Below, piece after piece: positions 39,746-54,254 of a stretch of DNA of 64,000 nucleotides. The translations under genes and the position numbers were made by a program. The notes below the pieces were generated by a model. That model saw only the letters and a list, made by a program, of their open reading frames with translations, did not search any database and was not told the DNA's origin. This DNA comes from Camelus ferus (taxonomy: Eukaryota), in assembly GCF_009834535.1 (NCBI RefSeq), contig NC_045696.1, forward strand, positions 101,372,001 to 101,436,000, read 5' to 3'. Each line of letters begins with the position of its first letter. Position 1 is the stretch's first letter.

Positions 39746-42700
39746 AGCAGAAAGCGTAAGGAAAAAAAAAAAAAGATCATTAAAAATAGAGATATTAGTT
39801 CCAGTATATTTGGATCCAAATTACTGTCCAGTGAAAACACCAGGACGTCAAGGCTCTTAGGTGCCCTCTTCCCTCCTGAAAGAGCTCGGGTTCACCCACG
39901 TACTCTTCTACAGGGCTGCTACTCTCAGACCCATTAACTTGGTCATCTGTGCTGTCTGCACCTCTCTTCTTGTTGCTTCTCTCTTGCTCCTGCCCACCTG
40001 GAGAAAGCCTGAATTTTTCAGACCATATAAAATTCTCTGATAAAGAGCATAAATCCCATTCCTCAGGGCACGGGTATAAAGGATCTTTGAATGATGCCAT
40101 GGAGATTACACTCTTCTTCACCAAGCACAAGCCAGCCCTCAGGTAGAACCCTGGCACTCTAACCCCCCTTCCCCAAGATGAGCTTCCTGACTTCCTGGGA
40201 CAGACTGACCCTCCATACCTTTTCCCCTAACCTCTGCTTGTATTTGCTAATCCCAGAATGTTAGAGCCCACTAACTATAAATATAGTTTTTTCCTGTTAC
40301 TGCTGTTTAATAATAAAGAAAGATTCCGCTTTTGGCAATCACGGACACTTTTCTCCCCTGACACCAAATGTCAGAATTAAAAAACTGCCTCCAAGTGATT
40401 GAGGATGGTTTTCTTGATCCTGTGGTAACAATGTCTAATAGGGAGAGACTATATATTGTATTTTTACTCTTGTTTTCAAAAAAAGAAAGCGAATAAAAAT
40501 AATGACATCAAAATTTTTTCTTCTCTTAGAAGTAAGATGTATTGGCTTCAACTCTGATATCATGGGATTACTGAAGTGAATGAACAGAATAGGTTTCTCA
40601 CACTTCTCTCAAAACCTAAACCTTGCCCATTTCTTAAATACACCCAAACCAACCAATACTCACAAACACACACACATCTCCCAAGATTTATATAGTTGTG
40701 TGCTCTTTTGATCATCTCACATTGATTTGAGACTGCCTATCTGACAATGTTATGGTTATTTAAAGCAGCATGGCCACATTAGTGGTCTAGTTATTTAAGC
40801 AATAGCTGCAAAGGTAGTGATTGAGATCATGAGGTAATTAAACACAATAATCATGCAATCAACTTCATCAGAATTTAAAAGCAATACAAATATGATAGCA
40901 ACCTCTTCCAGTTGTTCAGCATGGCTCTCAGCACTAACATGAATGTTTATACACTTTAGTGACTTTGTTAGCAAAATAGTCAGTAAAGAACACAAAAACT
41001 TTAACATAGTTATAGTTCCTAGAAATGTTTCAAAAATTAATTATAAGAAGCAAAACCTGACAAAAAGCACACACAGAAACTTTAACTTCAAATGATACCC
41101 TAAACTCATTTACTATAAGCATAAAAATCAAATGCTTCCTTGTGTTAAACTCTTCACCTGAGCATCTTCAATTTACTTCTTCCCATTAATGTGATTGCAA
41201 ATCATTTTCAGTTTGTGAAAATCCTCTAAAAATATAACTCTTTAAATTCATGACTATGAAAATACATGAAGCCAATTTAATAAATGGCTCTGAAACTATT
41301 AAACTGCTACTGCAGCCCAAAGTATATATTCATAGTTAATGATCACTATGTATATAAACGTGGGTATTGCTTACCATTCCGATTGCAACCTCCAGTTAAT
41401 AGACACACTGAGGAGAGCACTGCACTGTAGAAGCTGCAGATAATTATCTGACTCTTCATCTCTGTTGCACTGATGCTGAAGAATTAAGGAATCGTTCTTA
41501 GGGCCTCTGCATGAAAAGCCCTTATTCAGGGAAGAGGGCACTGCAATTGGATGCTAGAGGTAATAGCCAAAAAGCCAGAGGTAATAAGTGGCAGAGACCA
41601 AATTAGAATTCAGCTGCCCAGTTCTCATCTCTTTCTCCCCAGTATATTTCAGATATGTCTCATCCAAGGTCAGCAGGGTATTCGTGTGCAGAAAAATAAA
41701 TGGGAAAGCCAAAGGGCAATAGTACAGGCCAGGAGTCCCCTGGGCTTCAGGACTTGGCTCATCTTCTCCTAACTCACCTTTGTCATACACTGACACTATT
41801 AAAAGGCTGTAAACACACTCGACAGTTAATTTTAAAATCTCATTATTGAAAGCAGTTTATACTTTAGGAATGACAATCAACTGTCTAGTAACTAGATAGA
41901 AATGGGGGGGGTGATACATATACCAATTCAGATATCTTCTTTAAGCTACCTCTCATTCATTTTTGACACTTCAAAATCTCCACATAACTCTCTTTCAAAG
42001 CAATATGGTCCCTCTGAGGCTGACTTATTTGGCAATTTAAAGATCTTAGCCAATTTTAGGACTGGAACATAAGCCCTTGACATAGTTGTTATGATACAGT
42101 AGTCCTGCTGAGTAATTTAAATTAAAAGTACTTGTCATAACTCTAGCTCAAATTAGGAGAGCTGTCCTAATTAAACCACTATCTGTGTTCTGGTTTCCAA
42201 AATCCTGAGAGCCAAGTATATTTGCCTCTAATGCTAGTTTTCTATGACAGTGCAGAAGCCTCACATGAGATCTTGTTATTATTTCAAAGAGAATTTTAAT
42301 TTATTTTTTAAGTAACTGTGAGAGCACAAAAAATCAAACTCTTAAAAATTTGCCTTTATCTCCTAAAATTGCAAGTCAACATTCTTGTTGCTATCTGTTT
42401 CCATCCAGGTTTACAGTTGATAAGGCAGTCAGTCTTTCTGGCTCTAGGTGATGTATAAACATTTCACTATAAAAATGTTCTGGTTTAATCAAAATGAATC
42501 AAAAAGAGGGTTTAACAAAGAATTTTCAGTCCTTCATCAAAAGTGGCACTGCCAAGGCTGAAAGAAAGCACTAATCATCTAATTTTCTGTTCTCAGGTCT
42601 CAGGCTCTCCTCCCTGGAGTCTGCATGTTGATGTCAGTTTGAGTACTCCTGTAATCAGATGCCTGTGAGGGGGGTGTGATGCAACCAAGCAAGTGATAAA

Positions 42701-42976
42701 ATGCCAGCCATGATTTGATTCAAATGGAGAACCTGGAAGAAGGAAAGTCTCTGTAATTATTTTTGTTGTTGTTGTTCATGTAAGAATACAAAAAAAATGT
42801 ATAATGAAATTTTAAAAAGATAAACTGATGTGTGTATCAGATAGATAAATGAGAAAGGTTTGTTTATGTTGGAATGCAGGTATATTTGATACTGGTAGTT
42901 ATTTTTATTATTTTCAATTTCATAAAGTTTCAGATAGCAAAGTCTGTCATTTAAAATCAGATTATATATGTGATTT

Positions 42977-43516
42977 TTTAAGTTTTTTTTTAAGTATTGA
43001 AGTGCAGTCACAATGTGTCAATTTCTGATGTATAGCACAATGTCTTTATACCACAACTTCTTTATCCAGTCATCTATCATTGGACATTTAGGTTGCTTCC
43101 GTATCTTGGTTATTGTATATAGTGCTGCTATGAACATTGGGGTAAATGTATTTTTTCAAATTAAATTTCCCTCTGGATATGTGCCCAGGAGTGGGATTGC
43201 TGGATCATATGTTAAGTCTATTTTTAGTTTTTTGAGGAATCTATATACTTTCTTCCATAATGGCTGCACCAAACTACATTCCCACCAGCAGTGTAGGAAA
43301 GTTCCCTTTTCTCCACACCCTCTCCAGCATTTATCATTTGTACACTTTTGAATGGTGGCCATTCTGACTAGTGTGAGGTGATATCTCATTGTAGTTTTGA
43401 TTTGCATTTCTCTAATAATTAGCAATATTGAGCATTTTTTCATGCGCCTATTGGCCATTAGCAAATCTTCATTGGAGAATTGCTTGTTTGGGTCTTCTGC
43501 TCTTTTCTGGATTGGT

Positions 43517-43551
<35 letters not shown>

Positions 43552-43842
43552 AAGTTGTATGAGCTGTTTATATATTCTAGAAACTAAAACTTTGTCAGTC
43601 ACATCATTTACAAATATTTTCTCCCATTCTGTAGGTTGTCGTTTTGTTTTGCTTATGGTTTCCTTTGCTGTGCAAAAGCTTATGTTAAATTAGATCCCAT
43701 TTGTTAATTTTTGCTTTTATTTCTACTGCCTAGGAGCACATAGCTAAGATTTAGGTCAGAAGATGTTTTCCCTGTTTTCTTCTAGGTTTATGATGTCTTT
43801 TCTTATATTTAAGTCTTTAAGCCATTTTGAGTTTATTTTTGT
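42977..43842 (-). mobile_element. 5'-truncated L1 with ~400-bp internal 3'UTR deletion
   Basis: ORF 43156-43602(-) [28 protein letters not shown] tgtgattt at 42969-42976 and 43843-43850. Confidence 0.96.
43517..43551 (+). repeat. (GTT)n trinucleotide microsatellite inside L1
   Basis: About 11 perfect GTT units. Confidence 0.95.
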
Positions 43843-44649
43843 TGTGATTTCTGATCGTATTGCTTTGTTCAAAGGTAGTAACCAGGCAGGCAGTGTCCAG
43901 GCACCGAGCAACAGTCTATTCTTACCAAGTAATGACAAATTTAACAAATCTGGTTGGAAAAACCTTTCAGAGTATCCTAACTACACAAGCCTGGCCATCT
44001 ACCGGAGGTAGTAAGATGCACTGGTGACAGCCTAAATAAGATGTATGTCTATAATTTCCTCATCCTGAAGAAAAACAGTCAAGCCTATTGTCAGAAATAA
44101 GCCACGTGTTGGAGTAATTGTAAAAGAGTTAAATCTGGGGAAAACATTATTGAGAAGGAACTAGAAAATTTTGCAAGCACTTCAGAGGAATGTAGATATC
44201 AATATCAAAAGACATTCCATACAAAATAAAAAGATACTGCTCTCCAAATGGTCCTGAAGTACTTTATTATTTCCCGTAAAAACATGTTTCTTTCACAGCT
44301 TATGCTGAATAGCCTGGCATATGCTAAATTCCTTTTATAAATTTGTCAACATTTAGTTCATATACAGGCAAACAGATCTGATTTCTAGATTTTACCCCAT
44401 AGAATAATTTCAGAATGTGCTTGATTTACTATGTCCAACCCAAAGTGAAAATATTGTTGAGAAGTTTCCATGTGATTTTTTTTTCCAATAGAAGATTTTC
44501 TTTACTGGAAGAAAACTTGAGCTGATTTTTAATGACTAGATTAAATTTTCTCCCTCTACACTCAATTTAGAATGAAATCCAATACCGATTTCTTACTTTT
44601 TATTCCCTCCCTGCCTCCCTTGCTTTCTTCCTTTTTCCCCCTTCCTTCT

Positions 44650-45670
44650 GCTATAAATGTTTATTGAATACTGCTATGTCTCAGGAATCCTTCTAGAGGC
44701 TAGAGAGTCAAAAGTGAACAAAACATAAGAAAATCCCTACCTTGATGGAGCATAAATCCTTATAGAATAAACAAACAAACATAAAACAAGATAAATGAAT
44801 AATGTAAATAAAATAAGGAAAAATTGGGAGGGAAAGAGAAGATAAATAAGAAGTATTAGATGAGAGTTGTAATTTTAAACTGAATGGCCAAGGACGTTCT
44901 CACTGACTCGGTAATATCTGTGTAAGAACCTGTAACTTGGGAGCAAGCGAGATACATGTGAGAAAAGACTGTATAGGCACAGGCAAGAGCAAATGGAAGA
45001 TCCCCAGAGCATGGACATGCCAGGTGGTGTATAAACTAGAACAGAATAAAAGGAAGGTGTGGGAGATAAGGTCAGAGAAAAATAGGAGGAATACCAGATC
45101 ATGTTGACCTTCTAGGTCATCACAGAGACCATGGCTTTCCTTCTGAGTGAGAAGGGAACTGTTGGGGGATTGTGATCAGAGAAGTGACATGATTAGTTCA
45201 TGTACAGGCAAGTAGACATGATGTCTAAACTTTACTCCCATGCAATAATTTCAGAACGTACTGTACAATCTAACAGGGTCACCCTGGCTTGTTAAGGATA
45301 AAATGAAGGGGGAAAGGGCAAAAGTAAGGAGACCAGTGGGAAGTCTACTGCAATAGTCCAGGCAGGAAACAAGATTTGGATGAGGGAGGTGGCAATTAAG
45401 AAAGTGTTTGAATTCTGTGTATAATCTGAAGGTAGAAATAACAGAATTTGATGCTGTTGGGTATGGGATGTAAAGAAGAAAAAAGGCTAAAAGAACTCTA
45501 AAGTTTTGGGATACATTAAACGAAAAAATAAAGTTGTAATTAACTGTAATAGGAAAGACCTCAGGAGGAGCATTTATGAGGGTGAAATGTCAGTAGGACA
45601 ATTTTATATTTGTTAATTTTGTTGTCCACCATGAAATAAAGAAGTTAAACAATACAGTTCAAGGCAGAGG
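44650..45670 (-). mobile_element. L2a-like remnant
   Basis: aaatgtttattgaatactgctatgtctcagg...ggctttccttctgagtgagaagggaactgttggggg...ggagaccagtgggaagtctactgcaatagtccaggc. Confidence 0.88.
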
Positions 45671-46348
45671 ATGAGGCTTGGGGCCATGTGGTTTGATCAT
45701 CCACAAGTTATGTAGAGTATTTATAACATCAAACCCTTCAGTGGAATCGGAAAGCTACTTCAAAATTTCATTCAGAGTAAACTATTGTTCGCACACAGAG
45801 GTAAAACACTTTTACTTGTTCTGATATAGAAAGAAAGACTATCTGCATAAACCCGGGAAGCCGAATGATTGAAATAAAATTTCCAAAATGTGCCATTTAG
45901 GCCTAATTTTCAAAACATTGTCACTGCAAAGTCTCAAATAGAGGTAAAATTTAATTACATATCATTAGTTTACAATAGAGAACAAATTTAGTCTATTTTT
46001 GTTCACCTTTCTTCAGAACAGGACTAAGCCACCTTTTCAATCATGTTTATTGAGAGGACAGTCATCATCCCTTTGGTTAACTTTTACCAGGCCAAAATTC
46101 CTGGCTCTAGCCTCATCATAAATCTCAAGAGCACTAAGCCACAGGAAATAAAGGAATAACAATACCAGTCTGGAACTACTTTTCCTCTTGTTATACAAAA
46201 AGAGCTTCTGATCCAGCAATTTAAAAAATTATATTGCTGTCAGGGCATAGCTTCTAGATACTGTGATATTGATATCTTCTTTGGTCTGAATTGTGCAAAT
46301 GTTCATAGAAGAGTTAAAAACAAAAAAGAGAAAAACACCCTGCGCTAT

Positions 46349-46700
46349 GACTTCTGGATCAAGATGGCAGACTGGGCATTTTCTGAAAGTAATTTTGAGT
46401 CTGAAATTCTATATCTAGCCAAACTATCACTCACATGAATAATAATTTATAGGTAAATAATTTAATGACTGGTAAGATCTCAAAGAGGTCTTGGCTCCCA
46501 CATATTTTCTTCACAAAGCAGAAGAGAAATCCAAAGATAAGAAAGAAAATAGAGACCTAAGCTAGTGGTACAATTCAAAGAGAGTCCAGGAAATTATCTG
46601 AGCAGTGAGCGGTATGATTAGAAAGCAACTGACCCAAACTGTACAGAAATCCAGAGGGCTTCCTGAAGGAAGTTTTCAAAAAGAAAGTCAAGTTCATTCA
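46349..46700 (+). mobile_element. Possible ancient L1M/HAL1 5' fragment
   Basis: Begins gacttctggatcaagatggcagactg (L1 5'-end-like with YY1 core caagatggc), followed by purine-rich sequence. Confidence 0.4.
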
Positions 46701-49700
46701 ACAAATAATTTAATTTAAAGATTAAAAGCTCTTATGAATAAAATGAAGAAGATGCATGTAACCATCATGATGAACAAGCATGATATGTGATTTGTGATCA
46801 ACAGCACATTTACTTCTTTCTATCATCTTTTTAACTTTATTCAGCAAGAGCAATCTGCCCATGTCCCTAGATGAAAACTCCAAAGGGGCCCATAACTTTT
46901 TTTGCTTCTCTAAGTAAGGTATTCGTAATGCATACAAAGCCACATCATTTTGGTTTATTGATTAAAGTCCTATGATAATAACTATTTGAATTTGTCTGTG
47001 CATTAAACGTTCTCCCCTTAGCCTGTTGTGATTTAATTTAAGGTAGAAGCCATTGAGAAGCAAGGGAAGAGGTGATTTCCCAAGCTTCCTTAACAATTAC
47101 TGTATTGACACTACCAGAGTCTAAGCAGGAAAGGCGGGCTAAAGAACAGGGGTTTCTAATACTGTACTGATGTAAGCTAGCTTCTTACTCTGCACCAAGA
47201 GAAGGTGAGCTGATTTTTTATTTCTTTAAGCCACTTCTGAGGTCTTCCAAGAGATTCCTGCTGAATTCCTCTCTCGGGGCTCCATGGTTCCAGATGAATG
47301 TCTTTCCATTCCTAGAGGTCACTATCCCCTGAGCTTCTTGCTGTACTCCTGCCCTGGTTTTCTGCTGAGTTATGCTCACCTCACCAGGCAGCTCTATTGA
47401 GCAAGACTCAAGAAAACCCTACATCAGTTCTTTTCCCTCGTTTTCCATTTTGTCTGCATCGGGTTTATAGGAAACACTGCATCCCTTGTTCCAACAAAGT
47501 TTTCAAATGCATGAGAGATGCATTAGAAATGCATTTCAAACATTAGAGAACCCACCTTTCACCTACTAAAAATAGAAACTTTAACCTGCATATATTAACC
47601 ACCACCAGGCCCCACTGCTTAGCACACACCTAGACCAGAGGAGATACACAACAAACTTCCTTCACACAACAAACTGACTACAGGATACATAATCTTATAA
47701 AATTAAATGTTATTGAATTTCTACAAAAAAGATTTGGCTACTGATCTATCATTAAGATAATTTGGGTTGTTTTCTAATAGTCAATTTTTTTATACTAATA
47801 AACACTCACATTGTTAGTTTTGTCAACTGGCCATCTGTTTGTGACATAGTTCAGGCATCTGAAGTATTATCTGAGGCAGTGTGTCAACGTGGAGCTCATT
47901 TTGTCTATTTCGAGCTAAAATCCATAAACTTGAACTAATTTGAATCAAACTTTCCCACTAACTGGTCATAGAAACTGGATAAAGGATTTATGTATTTATT
48001 TATTTTTATTCATCTATTTTGTTAAATATATTAACTAATATTTGTCTCCCGTAATTAGTCCTATATTACATCAGTTATCTACCACTGATCTAAAACTTAA
48101 AGAACTGGAGAATTGCGGTTCTAAAAGGTATTTAGACAACTTTGATATCAAAAGAAATACTGGTATAGAGAAGTCAAATAGTAGTTAGCAGAACTGGAAA
48201 AACTTAGCTATCTCAACTTTAGCCCAGTTTCCTTATTACAGTGTCCTGATTAATATGTAAAACATATACATACTAATGTTTACTTGGGAAATTGCTCAGA
48301 AGATAAAATAGAATTTTGCAACATTAATTAGATGGAGCCTAGAAGACTTCAGCAATAATTAAAGAAGCCCAGTTCTAGAAGCCAAAAAAAGACCAATAAC
48401 CCAAAGGTCAAGAGCAAACAAATGATGGCTCATGGTTGAGATGGAGATAAAGAGAATGGTTGCGGATTATGAAAAAGAAATAGCTTTAAATGAAAATCAA
48501 CCAAGAAAAACAGAGAGGATTGCAGGGCAGGGAAACGTTACAAGCTCTATCTCCAGAAATTTTAATAAATGAAATAAAGTAAAAAACTGAAGAAAGAAGA
48601 TACTAGACTGCTCTAGCTGCATTTCATGTATAATTAAAATATGTAAATACTATATAAATGGGGTTTTTCTAAACATTTGTAATTTTTCTAATATTTTATT
48701 ATTTTCAAAAATTCCCTATTGCTCTATAATAAATAGGTCACATGTACACGTTTCAATACCAGAAAAGGAAGCCTATGGTAGGATTTTATTCCACAGTTAA
48801 CCTTGGAAAGAAGAACATTAACAACAGGGGGTGGGCTATCAAAATCACAGGAAACAGGATTGAACTACAGAAAATTTAGGCTGAAAGCCAAAGATCCACA
48901 TTCTAGCCCCAAGATGCTGGTAAGTACCCGTGCGACTTAATTTAATTATAGTAACTCTGTTCCTCAATTTATTCATGAATAGACCAGGGGGCTGGCAGAG
49001 ATGCCTAAGGGCCCCTATGATTTTATCTTTCAATGATTTTGCTAATTGTAACTAGAGTAATATATGCCACATTAGCCAGTGTTAAAACTTATTAACAAAA
49101 TACTCATTTCAACCTTTCTTAATAGGACAGTTTCAAGTATAGATTTAATGTATTTAAAGCTTTTCCCCAATATATTTTCTACATTTGAGAAATGTGCTAT
49201 GTTTGACATGTCCATGTTGAAAATAGCTTATAGTGACTTGGTAAGTTCAAGGGAACTTCCCCCTTTTCATTTCCAATTCTCCTTTGTCCTCACCATTCTC
49301 TGCTTATCTTCCTCACCTTGACAAAGAATTTAACTTCTGTCTCATGCAGTTGATCTATTTGCTCCCTCCTCCAAGATTTCCTTAATATTCCTTAATAATA
49401 ATTTCCTTAATAATTTCCTTAATAAAATATATTTTATTTTCAAAGTTCTGCTATTAGTTTTACAGTTTTTTAAATGTCTAAATAAGTTTAAAAAATGTTG
49501 AAAAAGCCTATGAAGTGTAACTTTCAGGAATTTATTTTCCAACTTGCAAATGACACTGGATAGGATCTATTTCATTGGGCAGTTCTAAAGGCTAAATGTG
49601 TATGCATGGAAAAGAACATAGCCCAGTGAATAACACTCAACAATAGATGTGGTTTTTCCTATTCTTTAAGAAGTCAGACAGAAATCCAGTTCTAAAATAT

Positions 49701-50969
49701 GAGATCAGTACCGTATCACTGAATTCCCAGAAATTTAGAAAAAGATAGCTCACAGTGTCAGTGTTCTTCCTGAAAGATGACCCCCAGACCTATGAAGATA
49801 CAATTCTCATAACTTTTCATATTATATTATTCCCTTCTCCATGATAAGTTTTTATTTGACCTTACTCTCTCATATAAAGAAGAATTAGAAGTAAGGATAA
49901 ACATCTTGCCTGTTTCTGGGCTAATTACTTCATTATCTGGGCTTTCTTCATTATCCAGCTGATCTTTAATAACAAAGCAAGACAAATCTTGAGGCTGTTT
50001 AGCTTAAGCTAATTACCAAGCACTCCTTCATCTGGTTCTTGCTCAGAGGAGGCCAGTAACTGGGACACAGAGCATTAGCTTTTCTTTGGCAGCCACTGCC
50101 AGCCACACCAGCTACTAACTGACAAGCCCAAATCTGGTGGGGGAAGGATTTTACCTGACTAGTTAAGCTGAGCCTCAGGACTTCTTAAAAGCAAGCTCCT
50201 GCTGTGATTTCTTACAGTAAGCCCAGGATTTAACCAAAATGCCAGAGATTGTCACTCACAGGGACTGTAAAAAGATTCAGTGTGCTGGGAATTTTCCACT
50301 TCTTAGCCTGTGCAAGTGACAGTGTTCCAAGTTGCCCACAGTTGCCTACAGTTACTCAGGTTGATAATTAACATTTCAGCTATGGTTAATTAAAAAAAAA
50401 TAACCAGAAAATGAAAAACTTATTAGCATGACACCAATGGACCAACCTGCTCATGAAGAAAGAAAATTTGGTTGAATCTTTTTGCATGAAGTAATGAAAA
50501 CATTCCCGGCCTCCAAAATTACACTAGAAACAACAAATGCAGATGAAAATAGACGAATCCACAATGATAATTTGCATTTTACACACTTTCACACAAATGT
50601 CCCAGAGGCCTCCAAAAACGTAAGTTAAATTTCATGGATCTCCTCCAAGGACACATTTATGATTGTTTATGAAAACAGAGTAGGAAATTGAGACATAAGT
50701 CTGGAGTGAGCAAAAAACTAGTTAGGTCCACTGAGCACATGAAAGAAAAAACTCAGTTTCAAGCCCTAAGCACTAAACCACATAAATATCTCACCCACTG
50801 GTAAAGATAAGAAGGAAAAAAATATATTAAATTCATTTGCAGATTCTTTTTATAAGCTGCAAACCTACATTTCAAAGTCATGCTAAAGGTGCATTATTTA
50901 TAAAATAAAATCAAGCAGGAAAAAACCTCTTCTAATAGTGTGATCATCTTTTTTATCTATTTCTCTTTC

Positions 50970-51375
50970 ACTTTCTTTCAACAGATACCAAATTGAGCCA
51001 TCACCATACATAAGGCACTAAGCTGTGCTGATACAAAGGATAAAATGCAGTACAGTCTTTTGAAGACTTTGTCATCCTTTGTAAAGAACGGCACTCAGGT
51101 CTGGAAGGTAAAAACACCTCCATATCAGACTACGGTGAAGTGTGAAATCTATGAAAGGATTGGTATTAACATTATTCAAAAGAGAGAGAAAGTCCTGTGG
51201 CAGATGGCATTTCAGGGAGGGCTCTTCGAAGGTAAAGATAACTGAACAGACCCTTGTATAATATGAGATAAAGAAAGGGGTAAAGAGTCCAGGGAGTGGT
51301 CCTGTTAAGGGGTAAAACCAGGCTCGGGTAGAAATGAAAAATGCATGCTCACAAAACAATAAAAAGACCAGCAAG
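50970..51375 (-). mobile_element. L2 remnant
   Basis: ttcaacagataccaaattgagccatcaccatacataaggcactaagctg...cagggagggctcttcgaaggtaaagataactgaacagaccctt. Confidence 0.7.
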
Positions 51376-51779
51376 GAAGATCGGTAAAATGGGCTGAGCA
51401 GTTTGAAGTCTGATTAAGCCAGAAACGTGAATTTTACATTACAAAATATACTTTCCCAATTACTTATTTCTCAAAGAGATAGAAAGCAAATTCTTGCTTT
51501 TACCATTTTTTCAAATAAATAGCCTAAAGGGTCAAACTCTTCCCTTGAATGTTTCTTTGTGCAGAACACGGTATTTCAAATAGATTGTTTCACCACCTGT
51601 TTATGGGTTTTTGTAATGCAGCCATTTCATTTCTCACATTATTCCTCATTCAAGAAAGCCAGGAGAACCCATTAAATCCTAGGTGTCCTTAGGAATTAAA
51701 TCCAAGAATATGAATTTACCTGTCCACAATGTTCTGCAAGTTCTAGCCCCAAATAGGCTGCGAGCCCAGAAGCAGCCCT

Positions 51780-52280
51780 TGAAAGTGGCTAAGAACTAAG
51801 ATTCCAGAGTCACTCACACTGGAGGTGAGTCCACACTGTCAATCATTACCTGTACAACCTCTGGCAAATCACTTAACCTTTTTAAGGCTCAATCTCACTG
51901 TCTGTAAAATGGGGTAGATAGTCCTTCATTCTTAAAGTTGTTTGCTCATTGATGTATTCTTTTTCAACAAATACTTATCAAACATCTACTGTTTGTAAGG
52001 GACTCTCCTAGGTGCTGGGGACACCCTAGTGAATAAGACAGACAAGGATGCTTGGAAGGTTTAAATAGGATAATATCTAGCCATCATTTGGCAGAATACC
52101 TAGAAAACAATGATTAATCAATAAATGTTAATTATTAAAACTATTACGAACAGTTTGACACATAGCTTATGAATTTGAGCAAGTCTCTTTACTGCCCTGA
52201 GATTCAGATTTCTTATTTTTAAATCAAGAAAATTAGAACGTGGGACTTCTAAAACTCTTCCTAGCTTCCTCATGCTGTGA
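51780..52280. mobile_element. Cluster of MIR fragments (+) with a nested L2 end (-, ~51945-52050)
   Basis: ggcaaatcacttaacctttttaaggctcaatctcactgtctgtaaaatgggg; ttcaacaaatacttatcaaacatctactg...ctaggtgctggggacacc; gagcaagtctctttactgccctgagattcagatttcttatt. Confidence 0.75.
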
Positions 52281-53004
52281 GTGTATAGCTGATAAGCTCT
52301 CTTGAGTCTTCTGGGAGACACCAGAAAAGGAAAAGAGGGTAAAAAAAGGAAAAACAAACAATCCCTGACTCATAGAAGTAGAAAATTATAAGTCAATGCT
52401 ATAGTTTTTTGTACATATTTCCTTTTATATACAAAGGTGCATGCTACTATTAAATCAGAATAAATCAATCCACAAAGATTGAGAACCATAGTGTAAGCAA
52501 TACAGTCACATTTAGCAGGCTTTTCTTCATTATTACTGTTTCATTTTTATTTAAAAAATTGGGTAGATGAAGAATAACTTCTTGGAAGTCTCTACATGAC
52601 AGATAGCCAGATTGGGGGACAGTTGGCCCAATTACAGGTTCTAGATTAACAGCCAGTTCCTATCCAATCAGCGTTCATATATGGCACACTGTACCAAGTG
52701 AATGGTAATGTTGCCAGTTTGGTGGTCTTGTATGGAGACGTTTGAAATGTCAAGGACAACAGGACTTAAGTGAAGAGTATTTTTTTATTCTGCAAATGAA
52801 AGTTTAATAAAACATTCAGAAAATCTGTTTCAAGTCACCCCCTTAATTGATTTGTCACTTGGTGAAAATGTGTTGTTATTCATTCAGCATTAGACCTCGA
52901 ATCAGTAGCATAGACATTAATTTATGATCCGAAAAATGAAGATTCAAGAGGACTACATGCATGATCACCTTGCTTTTAGAATGTGAAGTAAGTACAATAA
53001 TAAA

Positions 53005-53200
53005 AATAGTAATAATAGAAGCTACCATTGCCTGAGGAATGTTAAGCCAGGAAGTTTACTTATAGAATTTTACTTAATCCCCACAGTAACCCATTGAGCT
53101 AGATATTATTCAGTTTGTGTTTCAGATGAAGAAGTGACTCAGAGAGTTTCAGTGTTTTTCCCAAGGTCACACAGCAAGTAAACAGCAGATGGAGCCTGAA
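53005..53200 (-). mobile_element. MIR remnant
   Basis: ttaatcccacagtaacccattgagctagatattatt...cagatgaagaagtgactcagagagtttcagtgtttttcccaaggtcacacagc. Confidence 0.85.
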
Positions 53201-53689
53201 AATTGTCACTTCTCTTTGTTTGTGACAGATGCCAGAAGACTATGCTGGAAACTCTTTAGGTATAAAAGTGATTCAAAGAATATAAATGAGTCATCCCTGG
53301 ACTTCTTAGCACAGAGACCTTCATTTTCTGCATTTACATTTCAAAAGACTACATGATAAAGAAATCATTTGCTATTGCTAGATAAGTGCTTCTTCAAGCA
53401 AGAAATTCAGAGCCCATTAAAAAAAGGAAAAGAAAGAAAATGCACTAGCTCTCATTTCCTCCCTACGTTAGACAAGCCTCAAAAGACACTTAAATTTCTG
53501 GCATTAAAATCAGACTGCCCGGTATTATGGCAATCTCCAAGAGTTTGCATTTTAAATGGCACAGTTGCTTCTTTGACATGAATCAAGATATTCCATAAGT
53601 TTATAAGAAATGAAAGGCCTTGTTTTACTTGTGTCCATATTGTTCATAATTTTCTGGTATATTCTGGAATGTGCATATTTCTTTTTTTC

Positions 53690-53825
53690 TATTTCCCCCA
53701 CTAGAAATTACTTCTCTTGGAGCAGAGAGTTTTGTCTTCTTCAGCAACCTCAGTGCCCAGAAGAGGTCTTGGCATAGTAGGCATTCAGTGTCTATTTGTT
53801 CATTAATTAATGAATGAATAAATAA
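53690..53825 (+). mobile_element. L2 3' end
   Basis: ccccactagaaattacttctcttggagcagag...tggcatagtaggcattcagtgtctatttgttcattaattaatgaatgaata. Confidence 0.85.
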
Positions 53826-54254
53826 GCATGACTGAAAGTGGGCTGAAGAAAAAGGTGATCCAATTTATTTTTAGGGTCTTGAAACTGTCACACAACTCTT
53901 GAGCCAAATTCCTCTGAACCAGTCATCTCACCTGCTAATCTGAAAAGTCTGTATTTTCATAATATCTAGGATGAATATAATATTATTTAAAGTATTTCAT
54001 TCTTTATGAAATCAGAGAAGCTAGAAGTCTAAAAGATTTATTATTATCTAGACTACATCAAGGAAAAAAAGAAAAGAACTCCTCCAGTTCTAGTTTTTCC
54101 TACTTCAAAGCATTACCTTTATAGGTTTATACATAATACATGCAAAACAAGTTTTCAAAAACAAGTGGAAACAGCTAAGCACCCAAATAGCTTAATCAAT
54201 CCCTGGGAAGATTTCTTATTTTTCAACTCATCCTGTTGTTTTTTTTTTTTTTTA

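Noticed and set aside
39795..40157. 120-aa minus-strand ORF with an acidic stretch
   Set aside because: No recognisable homology or convincing splice boundaries; length is within chance expectation.
50493..50625. Short plus-strand ORF ending at AAC|GTAAGT
   Set aside because: No promoter or acceptor context and no recognisable peptide.
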